From NCBI GenBank assembly GCA_009914755.4, contig CP068257.2, positions 9,376,001 through 9,440,000 of the forward strand: 64,000 bases of DNA, written 5' to 3'. This document shows, one piece after another, positions 43,095 through 62,813 of this stretch. Source of the DNA: the human T2T-CHM13v2.0 reference genome, Homo sapiens. The position numbers were made by a program, and so were the translations under genes. Position 1 is the stretch's first letter. Each line of letters starts with the position of its first letter. Below the pieces are notes generated by a model. It saw only the letters and a list, made by a program, of their open reading frames with translations. It was not told the DNA's origin and did not search any database.

Positions 43095-44501
43095 CGCATG
43101 CGCATTGGCTGAGCCGACTCACGCTCCACTCCTGACAGATAGGCTGCGTCCCCTTTAAATATCGCCACCGCCGCGCGGCGGCCGCGATGCTCCTGCTGCC
43201 GCCCCGGCAGCGCCTGTGTCTTGGGTCCTGTTTCAGGCGGCGTGGGAGAGGGGGCCACGGGTGTCTGGTCCTGTCCCAGGCCCAAACCCCCAGGGCTCCT
43301 GTCCTCAGGACCTGCTTGAGCCGACTTCCACCAAGGGAGGGGGAGCTTCAGGACGCCTGCTGTGTTCTCTGGACTCCCGTTGAGATCCCATTCTGGCCCC
43401 CTCCGAATGACATAGGATGGGCTCACCACACGTGGTCAGGCCGGCAGGGCCTCGCTGCAGCACAAAATGATCCCATAGGTCTCAAGGCCTAGTGTCAGAG
43501 CAAATTCACTCATCCATCAGCCCTCTGCCTCCCTCCTCCTTTGAAAGAGCAGTGGACTACCCCGCTTGTAAAAGCCCAGGGGTTCCGGAAAGCCGACCGT
43601 GCTTAAAAGGACAACTGCAAAGAGGAAGAGAGGCGAAATCCAGGGGGAGACCATGTGACCACGCGTGGCACTGGCCAATCCCACAGCAGTTGGTGTTAAC
43701 GTGTGACACCGGAGGCAAACGGGGCGACGGCAAAACGAAGGGTGGCGTCCATGCACGTGCCGGTGGAAGGGGGAAACGGGTGACATTTCCATCAATGCCA
43801 AGGAAAATCAAACAACACCTGGGACCCGGAGGGTGTGGGGGACCTCTGTGCCTGACCCAAGCCACGTTTTCAAATGCCTACCAGAGGAACAAAGATGTTT
43901 CTGCCAATTTCCCAACACCCCCAATCCTCCACCGACCTCGTAGCCCTGAAGCAACTTCGGCTGGCACAAACCCACAAAGAGTGGGAAAGAAACACACAGA
44001 GACTGAGAGACAGAGGGAGAAGAGAGAATGGGAGACAAACACACAGACACACACACACACACGCAGAGTCATACAGCACAGTCATTGAAACACACACCCC
44101 CAGGCAACCCCTGAGGCTCCGGGGTTCTGCTCTGGAGGAGAACGACCCTCGGGTGAGAGAGCAGCCCAGGGGCACGCAGGCCGACCCGTCCTCGAGATCA
44201 CGGACAGCGGCGCGACTTTTGGCGAGACTCACCCCAACAAACACCGTCCGTGCAGGCCTGAGGCTAGGATCCCGGGCTGCTTCCCCGGTCTCCACCTGGG
44301 GTTTCATCTTCATAGTCGGCCCTTTGCGACTGCTGGCATCAGGAGAGTTTCCCTTCGAGCCCGTGGAGAGGTGAGACCGGAGCCTCAGAGCCTCGATACC
44401 CAAGCTCTGCCACGGAGAGCTCCTGCTCTGCAAAGCCTCGGGGACTGGTTTCTAAGACAACCGTGGGAACCACTGTGACCGGAGAAACCGCTGGGGCCTC
44501 G
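43095..44501. repeat. Satellite monomer m31 (1407 bp; variant d'; copy of m26)
   Basis: Anchor-to-anchor spacing; offset of +7045 from m26. Confidence 0.9.
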
Positions 44502-45911
44502 CGCATGCGCATTGGCTGAGCCGACTCATGCTCCTCCACTCCTGACAGATAGGCTGCGTCCCCTTTAAATATCGCCACCGCCGCGCGGCGGCCGCGATGC
44601 TCCTGCTGCCGCCGCGGCGGCGACTGTGTCCTGGGTCCTGTTTGGGGCGGCATGGGAGAGGGGACCGCGGGTGTCTCGTCCTGTCCCAGGCCCAAACCCC
44701 CAGGGCTCCTGTCCTCAGGACCTGCTTGAGCCGACTTCCACCAAGGGAGGGGGAGCTTCAGGACGCCTGCTGTGTTCTCTGGACTCCCGTTGAGATCCCA
44801 TTCTGGCCCCCTCGGAGTGACATAGGATGGGCTCACCACATGTGGTCAGGCCGGCAGGGCCTCGCTGCAGCACACAATGACCCCAGAGGTCTCAAGGCCT
44901 AGTGTCAGAGCAAATTCACTCATCCATCAGCCCTCTGCCTCCCTCCTCCTTTGAAAGTGCAGTGGCCTGCCGCGCTTGTAAAAGCCCAGTCGTTCCGGAA
45001 AGCCGAACACGCTTTACAGGACAACTGCAAAGAGGAAAAGAGGCGAAACCCAGGGGGAGACCATGTGACCACGCGTGGCACTGGGTAATCCCACAGCAGT
45101 TGGTGTTAATGTGTGTCACCGGAGGCATACGGGGCGACGGCGAAACGAAGGGTGGGGTCCAGGCATGTGCCGGTGGAAGGGGGAAACGGGTGACATTTCC
45201 GTCAGTGCCAAGGAAAATCAAACCACACCTGGGAACCGGGAGGTGGGGGTGCCGACTGTGCCTGACCCAAGCCACGTTTTCAAATGCCTACCAGAGGAGC
45301 AAAGAGGTTTCTGCCAATTTCGCAACACCCCCAATCCTCCACCGACCTCGTAGCCCTGAAGCAACTTCGGCTGGCACAAACCCACAAAGAGTTGGAAAGA
45401 AACACACAGAGACTGAGAGACAGAGGGAGAAGAGAGAATGGGAGACAAACACACAGACACACACACACACACGCAGAGTCATACAGCAGAGGCATTGAAA
45501 CACACACCCCCAGGCAACCCCTGAGGATCCGGGGTTCTGCTCTGGAGGAGAACGACCCTCGGGTGAGAGAGCGGCCCAGGAGCACGCAGGCCGACCAGTC
45601 CTCGAGATCACTGACCGCGGCGCGACTTTTGGCGAGACTCACCCCAACCAACACCGTCCGTGCAGGCCTGAGGCTGGGATCCCGTGCTGCTTCCCCCGTC
45701 TCCACCTGGGGTTTCATCTTCATAGTCGGCCCTTTGCGACTGCTGGCATCAGGAGAGTTTCCCTTCGAGCCCGTGGAGAGGTGAGACCGGAGCCTCAGAG
45801 CCTCGATATCCAAGCACTGCCACGGAGGGCTCCTGCTCTGCAAAGCCTCAGGGACTGGTTTCTAAGACAAACGTGGGAACCACTGTGACCGGAGAAACCG
45901 CTGGGGCCTCA
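44502..45911. repeat. Satellite monomer m32 (1410 bp; variant h)
   Basis: Anchor-to-anchor spacing; offset of +7045 from m27. Confidence 0.9.
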
Positions 45912-47320
<1,409 letters not shown>

Positions 47321-48726
47321 CGCATGCGCATTGGCTGAGCCGACTCACGCTCCACTCCTGACAGATAGGCTGCGTCCCCTTTAAATATCGCCACAGCCGC
47401 GCGGCGGCCGCGATGCTCCTGCTGCCGCCCCGGCAGCGCCTGGGTCTTGGGTCCTGTTTCAGGCGGTGTGGGAGAGGGGGCCACGGGTGTCTGGTCCTGT
47501 CCCAGGCCCAAACCCCCAGGGCTCCTGTCCTCAGCACCTGCTTGAACCGACTTCCACCAAGGGAGGGGGAGCTTCAGGACGCCTGCTGTGTTCTCTGGAC
47601 TCCCGTTGAGATCCCATTCTGGCCCCCTCCGAGTGACATAGGATGGGCTCACCACACGTGGTCAGGCCGGCAGGGCCTCGCTGCAGCACAAAATGATCCC
47701 ATACGTCTCAAGGCCTAGTGTCAGAGCAAATTCACTCATCCATCAGCCCTCTGCCTCCCTCCTCCTTTGAAAGAGCAGTGGCCTACCCGCTTGTAAAAGC
47801 CCAGGGGTTCCGGAAAGCCGACCGTGCTTAAAAGGACAACTGCAAAGAGGAAGAGAGGCGAAATCCAGGGGGAGACCATGTGACCACGCGTGGCACTGGC
47901 CAATCCCACAGCAGTTGGTGTTAACGTGTGACACCGGAGGCAAACGGGGCGACGGCGAAACGAAGGGTGGGGTCCATGCACGTGCCGGTGGAAGGGGGAA
48001 ACGGGTGACCTTTCCGTCAATGCCAAGGAAAATCAAACAACACCTGGGACCCGGAGGGTGTGGGGGACGTCTGTGCCTGACCCAAGCCACGTTTTCAAAT
48101 GCCTACCAGAGGAACAAAGATGTTTCGGCCAATTTCGCAACACCCCCAATCCTCCACCGACCTCGTAGCCCTGAAGCAACTTCGGCTGGCACAAACCCAC
48201 AAAGAGTGGGAAAGAAACACACAGAGACTGAGAGATAGAGGGAGAAGAGAGAATGGGAGACAAACACACAGACACACACACACAGACGCAGAGTCATACA
48301 GCAGAGGCATTGAAACACACACTCCCAGGCAACCCCTGAGGATCCGGGGTTCTGCTCTGGAGGAGAACGACCCTCGGGTGAGAGAGCAGCCCAGGAGCAC
48401 GCAGGCCGACCCGTCCTCGAGATCACTGACCGCGGCGCGACTTTTGGCGAGATTCACCCTAACCAACACCGTCCGTGCAGGCCTGAGGCTGGGATCCCGT
48501 GCTGCTTCCCCGGTCTCCACCTGGGGTTTCATCTTCATAGTCGGCCCTTTGTGACTGCTGGCATCAGGAGAGTTTCCCTTCGAGCCCGTGGAGAGGTGAG
48601 ACCGGAGCCTCAGAGCCTCGATACCCAAGCACTGCCACGGAGGGCTCCTGCTCTGCAAAGCCTCGGGGACCGGTTTCTAAGACTACCGTGGGAACCACTG
48701 TGACCGGAGAAACCGCTGGGGCCTCG
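47321..48726. repeat. Satellite monomer m34 (1406 bp; variant d'')
   Basis: Anchor-to-anchor spacing. Confidence 0.9.
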
Positions 48727-51547
<2,821 letters not shown>

Positions 51548-52953
51548 CGCATGCGCATTGGCTGAGCCGACTCACGCTCCACTCCTGACAGATAGGCTGC
51601 GTCCCCTTTAAATATCGCCACAGCCGCGCGGCGGCCGCGATGCTCCTGCTGCCACCCCGGCAGCGCCTGGGTCTTGGGTCCTGTTTCAGGCGGCGTGGGA
51701 GAGGGGGCCACGGGTGTCTGGTCCTGTCCCAGGCCCAAACCCCCAGGGCTCCTGTCCTCAGCACCTGCTTGAACCGACTTCCACCAAGGGAGGGGGAGCT
51801 TCAGGACGCCTGCTGTGTTCTCTGGACTCCCGTTGAGATCCCATTCTGGCCCCCTCCGAGTGACATAGGATGGGCTCACCACACGTGGTCAGGCCGGCAG
51901 GGCCTCGCTGCAGCACAAAATGATCCCATACGTCTCAAGGCCTAGTGTCAGAGCAAATTCACTCATCCATCAGCCCTCTGCCTCCCTCCTCCTTTGAAAG
52001 AGCAGTGGCCTACCCGCTTGTAAAAGCCCAGGGGTTCCGGAAAGCCGACCGTGCTTAAAAGGACAACTGCAAAGAGGAAGAGAGGCGAAATCCAGGGGGA
52101 GACCATGTGACCACGCGTGGCACTGGCCAATCCCACAGCAGTTGGTGTTAACGTGTGACACCGGAGGCAAACGGGGCGACGGCGAAACGAAGGGTGGGGT
52201 CCATGCACGTGCCGGTGGAAGGGGGAAACGGGTGACCTTTCCGTCAATGCCAAGGAAAATCAAACAACACCTGGGACCCGGAGGGTGTGGGGGACGTCTG
52301 TGCCTGACCCAAGCCACGTTTTCAAATGCCTACCAGAGGAACAAAGATGTTTCGGCCAATTTCGCAACACCCCCAATCCTCCACCGACCTCGTAGCCCTG
52401 AAGCAACTTCGGCTGGCACAAACCCACAAAGAGTGGGAAAGAAACACACAGAGACTGAGAGATAGAGGGAGAAGAGAGAATGGGAGACAAACACACAGAC
52501 ACACACACACAGACGCAGAGTCATACAGCAGAGGCATTGAAACACACACTCCCAGGCAACCCCTGAGGATCCGGGGTTCTGCTCTGGAGGAGAACGACCC
52601 TCGGGTGAGAGAGCAGCCCAGGAGCACGCAGGCCGACCCGTCCTCGAGATCACTGACCGCGGCGCGACTTTTGGCGAGATTCACCCTAACCAACACCGTC
52701 CGTGCAGGCCTGAGGCTGGGATCCCGTGCTGCTTCCCCGGTCTCCACCTGGGGTTTCATCTTCATAGTCGGCCCTTTGTGACTGCTGGCATCAGGAGAGT
52801 TTCCCTTCGAGCCCGTGGAGAGGTGAGACCGGAGCCTCAGAGCCTCGATACCCAAGCACTGCCACGGAGGGCTCCTGCTCTGCAAAGCCTCGGGGACCGG
52901 TTTCTAAGACTACCGTGGGAACCACTGTGACCGGAGAAACCGCTGGGGCCTCG
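51548..52953. repeat. Satellite monomer m37 (1406 bp; variant d''; copy of m34)
   Basis: Anchor-to-anchor spacing; offset of +4227. Confidence 0.9.
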
Positions 52954-55774
<2,821 letters not shown>

Positions 55775-57181
55775 CGCATGCGCATTGGCTGAGCCGACTC
55801 ACGCTCCACTCCTGACAGATAGGCTGCGTCCCCTTTAAATATCGCCACAGCCGCGCGGCGGCCGCGATGCTCCTGCTGCCACCCCGGCAGCGCCTGGGTC
55901 TTGGGTCCTGTTTCAGGCGGCGTGGGAGAGGGGGCCACGGGTGTCTGGTCCTGTCCCAGGCCCAAACCCCCAGGGCTCCTGTCCTCAGCACCTGCTTGAA
56001 CCGACTTCCACCAAGGGAGGGGGAGCTTCAGGACGCCTGCTGTGTTCTCTGGACTCCCGTTGAGATCCCATTCTGGCCCCCTCCGAGTGACATAGGATGG
56101 GCTCACCACACGTGGTCAGGCCGGCAGGGCCTCGCTGCAGCACAAAATGATCCCATACGTCTCAAGGCCTAGTGTCAGAGCAAATTCACTCATCCATCAG
56201 CCCTCTGCCTCCCTCCTCCTTTGAAAGAGCAGTGGCCTACCCCGCTTGTAAAAGCCCAGGGGTTCCGGAAAGCCGACCGTGCTTAAAAGGACAACTGCAA
56301 AGAGGAAGAGAGGCGAAATCCAGGGGGAGACCATGTGACCACGCGTGGCACTGGCCAATCCCACAGCAGTTGGTGTTAACGTGTGACACCGGAGGCAAAC
56401 GGGGCGACGGCGAAACGAAGGGTGGGGTCCATGCACGTGCCGGTGGAAGGGGGAAACGGGTGACCTTTCCGTCAATGCCAAGGAAAATCAAACAACACCT
56501 GGGACCCGGAGGGTGTGAGGGACGTCTGTGCCTGACCCAAGCGACGTTTTCAAATGCCTACCAGAGGAACAAAGATGTTTCGGCCAATTTCGCAACACCC
56601 CCAATCCTCCACCGACCTCGTAGCCCTGAAGCAACTTCGGCTGGCACAAACCCACAAAGAGTGGGAAAGAAACACACAGAGACTGAGAGATAGAGGGAGA
56701 AGAGAGAATGGGAGACAAACACACAGACACACACACACAGACGCAGAGTCATACAGCAGAGGCATTGAAACACACACTCCCAGGCAAACCCTGAGGATCC
56801 GGGGTTCTGCTCTGGTGGAGAACGACCCTCGGGTGAGAGAGCAGCCCAGGAGCACGCAGGCCGACCCGTCCTCGAGATCACGGACCGCGGCGCGACTTTT
56901 GGCGAGATTCACCCTAACCAACACCGTCCGTGCAGGCCTGAGGCTGGGATCCCGTGCTGCTTCCCCGGTCTCCACCTGGGGTTTCATCTTCATAGTCGGC
57001 CCTTTGTGACTGCTGGCATCAGGAGAGTTTCCCTTCGAGCCCGTGGAGAGGTGAGACCGGAGTCTCAGAGCCTCGATACCCAAGCACTGCCACGGAGGGC
57101 TCCTGCTCTGCAAAGCCTCGGGGACTGGTTTCTAAGACAACCGTGGGAACCACTGTGACCCGAGAAACCGCTGGGGCCTCG
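55775..57181. repeat. Satellite monomer m40 (1407 bp; variant d-like)
   Basis: Anchor-to-anchor spacing. Confidence 0.9.
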
Positions 57182-58587
57182 CACATGCGCATTGGCTGAG
57201 CCGACTCACGCTCCACTCCTGACAGATAGGCTGCGTCCCCTTTAAATATTGCCACCGCCGCGCGGCGGCCGCGATGTTCCTGCAGCAGCCGCGGCGGCGG
57301 CTGTGTCCTAGGTCCTGTTTGGGGTGGCATGGGAGAGGGGACCGCGGGTGTCTCGTCCTGTCCCAGGCCCAAACCCCCAGGGCTCCTGTCCTCAGGACCT
57401 GCTTGAGCCGACTTCCACCAAGGGAGGGGGAGCTTCAGGACGCCTGCTGTGTTCTCTGGACTCCCGTTGAGATCCCATTCTGGCCCCCTCCGAGTGACAT
57501 AGGATGGGCTCACCACACGTGGTCAGGCCGGCAGGGCCTCGCTGCAGCACAAAATGATCCCATAGGTCTCAAGCCCTAGTGTCAGAGCAAATTCACTCAT
57601 CCATCAGCCCTCTGCCTCCCTCCTCCTTTGAAAGAGCAGTGGCCTACCCCGCTTGTAAAAGCCCAGGGGTTCTGGAAAGCCGACCGTGCTTAACAGGACA
57701 ACTGCAAAGAGGAAGAGAGGCGAAATCCAGGGGGAGACCATGTGACCACGCGTGGCACTGGCCAATCCCACAGCAGTTGGTGTTAACGTGTGACACCGGA
57801 GGCAAACGGGGCGACAGCGAAACGAAGGGTGGGGTCCATGCACGTGCCGGTGGAAGGGGGAAACGGGTGACCTTTCCGTCAATGCAAAGGAAAATCAAAC
57901 AACACCTGGGACCCGGAGGATGTGGGGGACCTCTGTGCCTGACCCAAGCCACGTTTTCAAATGCCTACCAGACGAACAAAGATCTTTCTGTCAATTTCGC
58001 AACACCCCCAATCCTCCACCGACCTCGTAGCCCTGAAGCAACTTCGGCTGGCACAAACCCACAAAGAGTGGGAAAGAAACACACAGAGACTGAGAGACAG
58101 AGGGAGAAGAGAGAATGGGAGACAAACACACAGACACACACACACACACGCAGAGTCATACAGCAGAGGCATTGAAACACACACCCCCAGGCAACCCCTG
58201 AGGCTCCGGGGTTCTGCTCTGGAGGAGAACGACCCTCGGGTGAGAGAGCAGCCCAGGGGCACGCAGGCCGACCCGTCCTCGAGATCACGGACAGCGGCGC
58301 GACTTTTGGTGAGACTCACCCCAACAAACACAGTCCGTGCAGGCCTGAGGCTGGGATCCCGTGCTGCTTCCCCGGTCTCCACCTGGGGTTTCATCTTCAT
58401 AGTCGGCCCTTTGCGACTGCTGGCATCAGGAGAGTTTCCCTTCGAGCCCGTGGAGAGGTGAGACCGGAGCCTCAGAGCCTCGATACCCAAGCAATGCCAC
58501 GGAGGGCTCCTGCTCTGCAAAGCCTCGGGGACTGGTTTCTAAGACAACCGTGGGAACCACTGTGACCCGAGAAACCGCTGGGGCCTC
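57182..58587. repeat. Satellite monomer m41 (1406 bp; variant c/d-like)
   Basis: Anchor-to-anchor spacing. Confidence 0.9.
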
Positions 58588-59997
58588 GCGCATGCGCATT
58601 GGCTGAGCCGACTCACGCTCCACTCCTGACAGATAGGCTGCGTCCCCTTTAAATATTGCCACCGGCGCGCGGCGGCCGCGATGCTCCTGCTGCCACCGCG
58701 AAGGCGGCTGTGTCCTGGGTCCTGTTTGGGGTGGCATGGGAGAGGGGACCGCGGGTGTCTCGTCCTGTCCCAGGACCAAACCCCCAGGGCTCCTGTCCTC
58801 AGGACCTGCTTGAGCCGACTTCCACCAAGGGAGGGGGAGCTTCAGGACGCCTGCTGTGTTCTCTGGACTCCCGTTGAGATCCCATTCTGGCCCACTCGGA
58901 GTGACATAGGATGGGCTCACCACATCTCCTCAGGCCGGTAGGGCCTCGCTGCAGCACACAATGACCCCATAGGTCTCAAGGCCTAGTGTCAGAGCAAATT
59001 CACTCATCCATCAGCCGTCTGCCTCCCTCCTCCTTTGAAAGTGCAGTGGCCTGCCCCGCTTGTAAAAGCCCAGGGGTTCCGGAAAGCCGAACGCGCTTTA
59101 CAAGACAACTGCAAAGAGGAACAGAGGCGAAACCCAGGGGGAGACCATGTGACCACGCGTGGCACTGGCTAATCTCACAGCAGTTGGTGTTAATGTGTGT
59201 CACCGGAGGCATACGGGGCGACGGCGAAACGAAGGGTGGGGTCCAGGCATGTGCCGCTGGAAGGGGGAAACGGGTGACATTTCCGTCAGTGCCAAGGAAA
59301 ATCAAACCACACCTGGGAACCGGGAGGTGGGGGTGCCGACTGTGCCTGACCCAAGCCACGTTTTCAAATGCCTACCAGAGGAGCAAAGAGGTTTCTGCCA
59401 ATTTCGCAACACCCCCAATCCTCCACCGACCTGGTAGCCCTGACGAAACTTCGACTGGTACAAACCCACAGAGAGTGGGAAAGAAACACACAGAGAGTGA
59501 GAGACAGAGAGAGAAGAGAGAATGGGAGACACACACACAGACACACACGCACACACACGCAGAGTCATACAGCAGAGGCATTGAAACACACACTCCCAGC
59601 CAACCCCTGAGGATCCGGGGTTCTGCTCTGGAGGAGAACGACCCTCAGGTGAGAGAGCAGCCCAGGGGCACGCACCCCGACACGTCCTCGTGATCACGGA
59701 CAGCGGTAAGGCTTTTGGCGAGACTCACCCCAACGAACACCGTCCGTGCAGGCCTGAGGCTGGGATCCCGTGCTGCTTCCCCCGTCTCCGCCTGGGGTTT
59801 CATCATCATGGTCGGCCCTTTGCGACTGCTGTCATCAGGAGAGGTTCCCTTCGACCCCGTGGAAAGGTGAGGCTGGAGTCTCAGAGCCTCGATACCCAAG
59901 CACTGCCACGGAGGGCTCCTGCTCTGCCAAGCCTCGGGGACTGGTGTCTAAGACAACCGTGGGAACCACTGTGACGGGAGAAACCGCTGGCGCCTCA
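58588..59997. repeat. Satellite monomer m42 (1410 bp; variant h-like)
   Basis: Anchor-to-anchor spacing. Confidence 0.9.
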
Positions 59998-61406
59998 CGC
60001 ATGCGCATTGGCTGAGCCGACTCACGCTCCACTCCTGACAGATAGGCTGCGTCCCCTTTAAATATCGCCACCGCCGCGCGGCGGCCGCGATGCTCCTGCT
60101 GCCGCCCCGGCGTCGGCTGTGTCCTGGGTCCTGTTTGGGGCGGCGTGGGAGCGGGGGCCGCGGGTGTCTCGTCGTGTCACAGGCCCAAACCCCCAGGGCT
60201 TCTGTCCTCAGGACCTGCTTGAGCCGATTCCCAGCGAGGGAGGGGGAGCTTCAGGACGCCTGCTGTGTGCTCCGGACTCCCGTTGAGATCCCATTCTGGC
60301 CCCCTCCGCGTGACATAGGATGGGCTCACCACATGTGGTCAGGCCGGCAGGGCCTCGCTGCAGCACACAATGACCCCATAGGTCTCAAGGCCTAGTGTCA
60401 GAGCAAATTCCCCGATCCATCAGCCCTCTGCCTCCCTCCTCCTTTGAAAGAGCAGTGGCCTGCCCGGCTTGTAAAAGCCCAGGGGTTCCGGAAAGCCGAA
60501 CGCGCTTTACAGGACAACTGCAAAGAGGAACAGAGGCGAAACCCAGGGGGAGACCATGTGACCACGCGTGGCACTGGTCAATCCCACAGCAGTTGGTGTT
60601 AATGTGTGTCACCGGAGGCATACGGGGCGACGGCGAAACGAAGGGTGGGGTCCAGGCATATGCCGGTGGAAGGGGGAAACGGGTGACATTTCCGTCAACG
60701 CCAAGGAAAATCAAACAACACCTGGGAACCGTGGGGTAGGTGGGCCTCCTGTGCCTGACCCAAGCCACGTTTTCAAATGCCTACCAGAGGAGCAAAGAGG
60801 TTTCTGCCAATTTCGCAACACCCCCAATCCTCCACCGACCTGGTAGCCCTGAAGCAACTTCGGCTGGTACAAACCCACAGAGAGTGGGAAAGAAACACAC
60901 AGAGAGTGAGAGACAGAGAGAGAAGAGAGAATGGGAGACACACACACAGACACACACGCACACACACGCAGAGTCATACAGCAGAGGCATTGAAACACAC
61001 ACTCCCAGGCAACCCCTGAGGATCCGGGGTTCTGCTCTGGAGGAGAACGACCCTCGGGTGAGAGAGCAGCCCAGGAGCACGCAGGCCGACCCGTCCTCGA
61101 GATCACTGACCGCGGCGCGACTTTTGGCGAGACTCACCCCAACCAACACCGTCCGTGCAGGCCTGAGGCTGGGATCCCGTGCTGCTTCCCCCGTCTCCGC
61201 CTGGGGTTTCATCTTCATAGTCGGCCCTTTGCGACTGCTGTCATCAGGAGAGTTTCCCTTCGAGCCCGTGGAGAGGTGAGGCCGGAGCCTCGGAGCCTCG
61301 ATACCCAAGCACTGCCACGGAGGGCTCCTGCTCTGCAAAGCCTCGGGGACTGGTTTCTAAGACAACCGTGGGAACCACTGTGACCGGAGAAACCGCTGGG
61401 GCCTCG
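59998..61406. repeat. Satellite monomer m43 (1409 bp; variant a/i-like)
   Basis: Anchor-to-anchor spacing. Confidence 0.9.
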
Positions 61407-62813
61407 CGCATGCGCATTGGCTGAGCCGACTCACGCTCCACTCCTGACAGATAGGCTGCGTCCCCTTTAAATATCGCCACCGCCGCAGGGCGGCCGCGAT
61501 GCTCCTGCTGCCGCCGCGGCGGCGGCTGTGTCCTCGGTCCTGTTTGGGGCGGCATGGGAGAGGGGACCGCGGGTGTCTCGTCCTGTCCCAGGCCCAAACC
61601 CCCAGGGCTCCTGTCCTCAGGACCTGCTTGAGCCGACTTCCACCAAGGGAGGGGGAGCTTCAGGACGCCTGCTGTGTTCTCTGGACTCCCGTTGAGATCC
61701 CATTCTGGCCCCCTCCGAGTGACATAGGATGGGCTCACCGCATGTGGTCAGGCCGGCAGGGCCTCGCTGCAGCACACAATGACCCCATAGGTCTCAAGGC
61801 CTAGTGTCAGAGCAAACTCACTCATCCATCAGCCCTCTGCCTCCCTCCTCCTTTGAAAGTGCATTGGCCTGCCCCGCTTGTAAAAGCCCAGGGGTTCCGG
61901 AAAGCCGAACGCGCTTTACAGGACAACTGCAAAGAGGAACAGAGGCGAAATCCAGGGTGTGACCATGTGACCACGCGTGGCACTGGCCAATCCCACAGCA
62001 GTTGGTGTTAATGTGTGTCACCGGAGGCATACGAGGCGACGGCGAAACGAAGGGTGGGGTCCAGGGATATGCCGGTGGAAGGGGGAAACGGGTGACATTT
62101 CCGTCAACGCCAAGGAAAAACAAACAACACCTGGGAACAGTGGGGTAGGGGGGCCTCCTGTGCCTGACCCAAGCCACGTTTTCAAATGCCTACCAGAGGA
62201 GCAAAGAGGTTTCTGCCAATTTCTCAACACCCCCAATCCACCACCGACCTGGTAGCCCTGACGCAACTTCGGCTGGTACAAACCCACAGAGAGTGGGAAG
62301 GAAACACACAGAGAGTGAGAGACAGAGAAGAGAGAATGGGAGACACACACACAGACACACACGCACACACACGCAGAGTCATACAGCAGAGGCATTGAAC
62401 CCTGAGAACCCTGAGTCAACCCCTGAGGATCCGGGGTTCTGCTCTGGAGGAGAACGACCCACTGGGGGAGAGAGCAGCCCAGGAGCACGCAGGCCGACCC
62501 GTCCTCGAGATCACGGACAGCGGTAAGGCTTTTGGCGAGACTCACCCCAACCAACACCATCCGTGCAGGCCTGAGGCTGGGATCCCGTGCTGCTTCCCCC
62601 GTCTCCGCCTGGGGTTTCATCTTCATAGTCGGCCCTTTGCGACTGCTGTCATCAGGAGAGGTTCCCTTCGAGCCCGTGGAGAGGTGAGGCCGGAGCCTCA
62701 GAGCCTCGATACCCAAGCACTGCCATGGAGGGCTCCTGCTCTGTAAAGCCTCGGGGACTGGTTTCTAAGACAACCGTGGGAACCACTGTGACCGGAGAAA
62801 CCGCTGGGGCCTC
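61407..62813. repeat. Satellite monomer m44 (1407 bp; divergent subtype, CA core replaced by an AACCCTGAG triplet)
   Basis: Anchor-to-anchor spacing; 62398-62427 'aaccctgagaaccctgagtcaacccctgag'; shortened GA tract. Confidence 0.9.
62398..62427. repeat. Mini-repeat AACCCTGAG-AACCCTGAG-tc-AACCCCTGAG replacing the usual 'acacacacccccaggc' segment (m44; the same occurs in m45 at 63809-63838)
   Basis: Read from the sequence; found only in the last two monomers of the window. Confidence 0.8.

Noticed and set aside
62398-62427. AACCCT-containing mini-repeat as interstitial telomeric sequence
   Set aside because: Only two AACCCT hexamers separated by GAG. This is not a (TTAGGG)n/(CCCTAA)n run.
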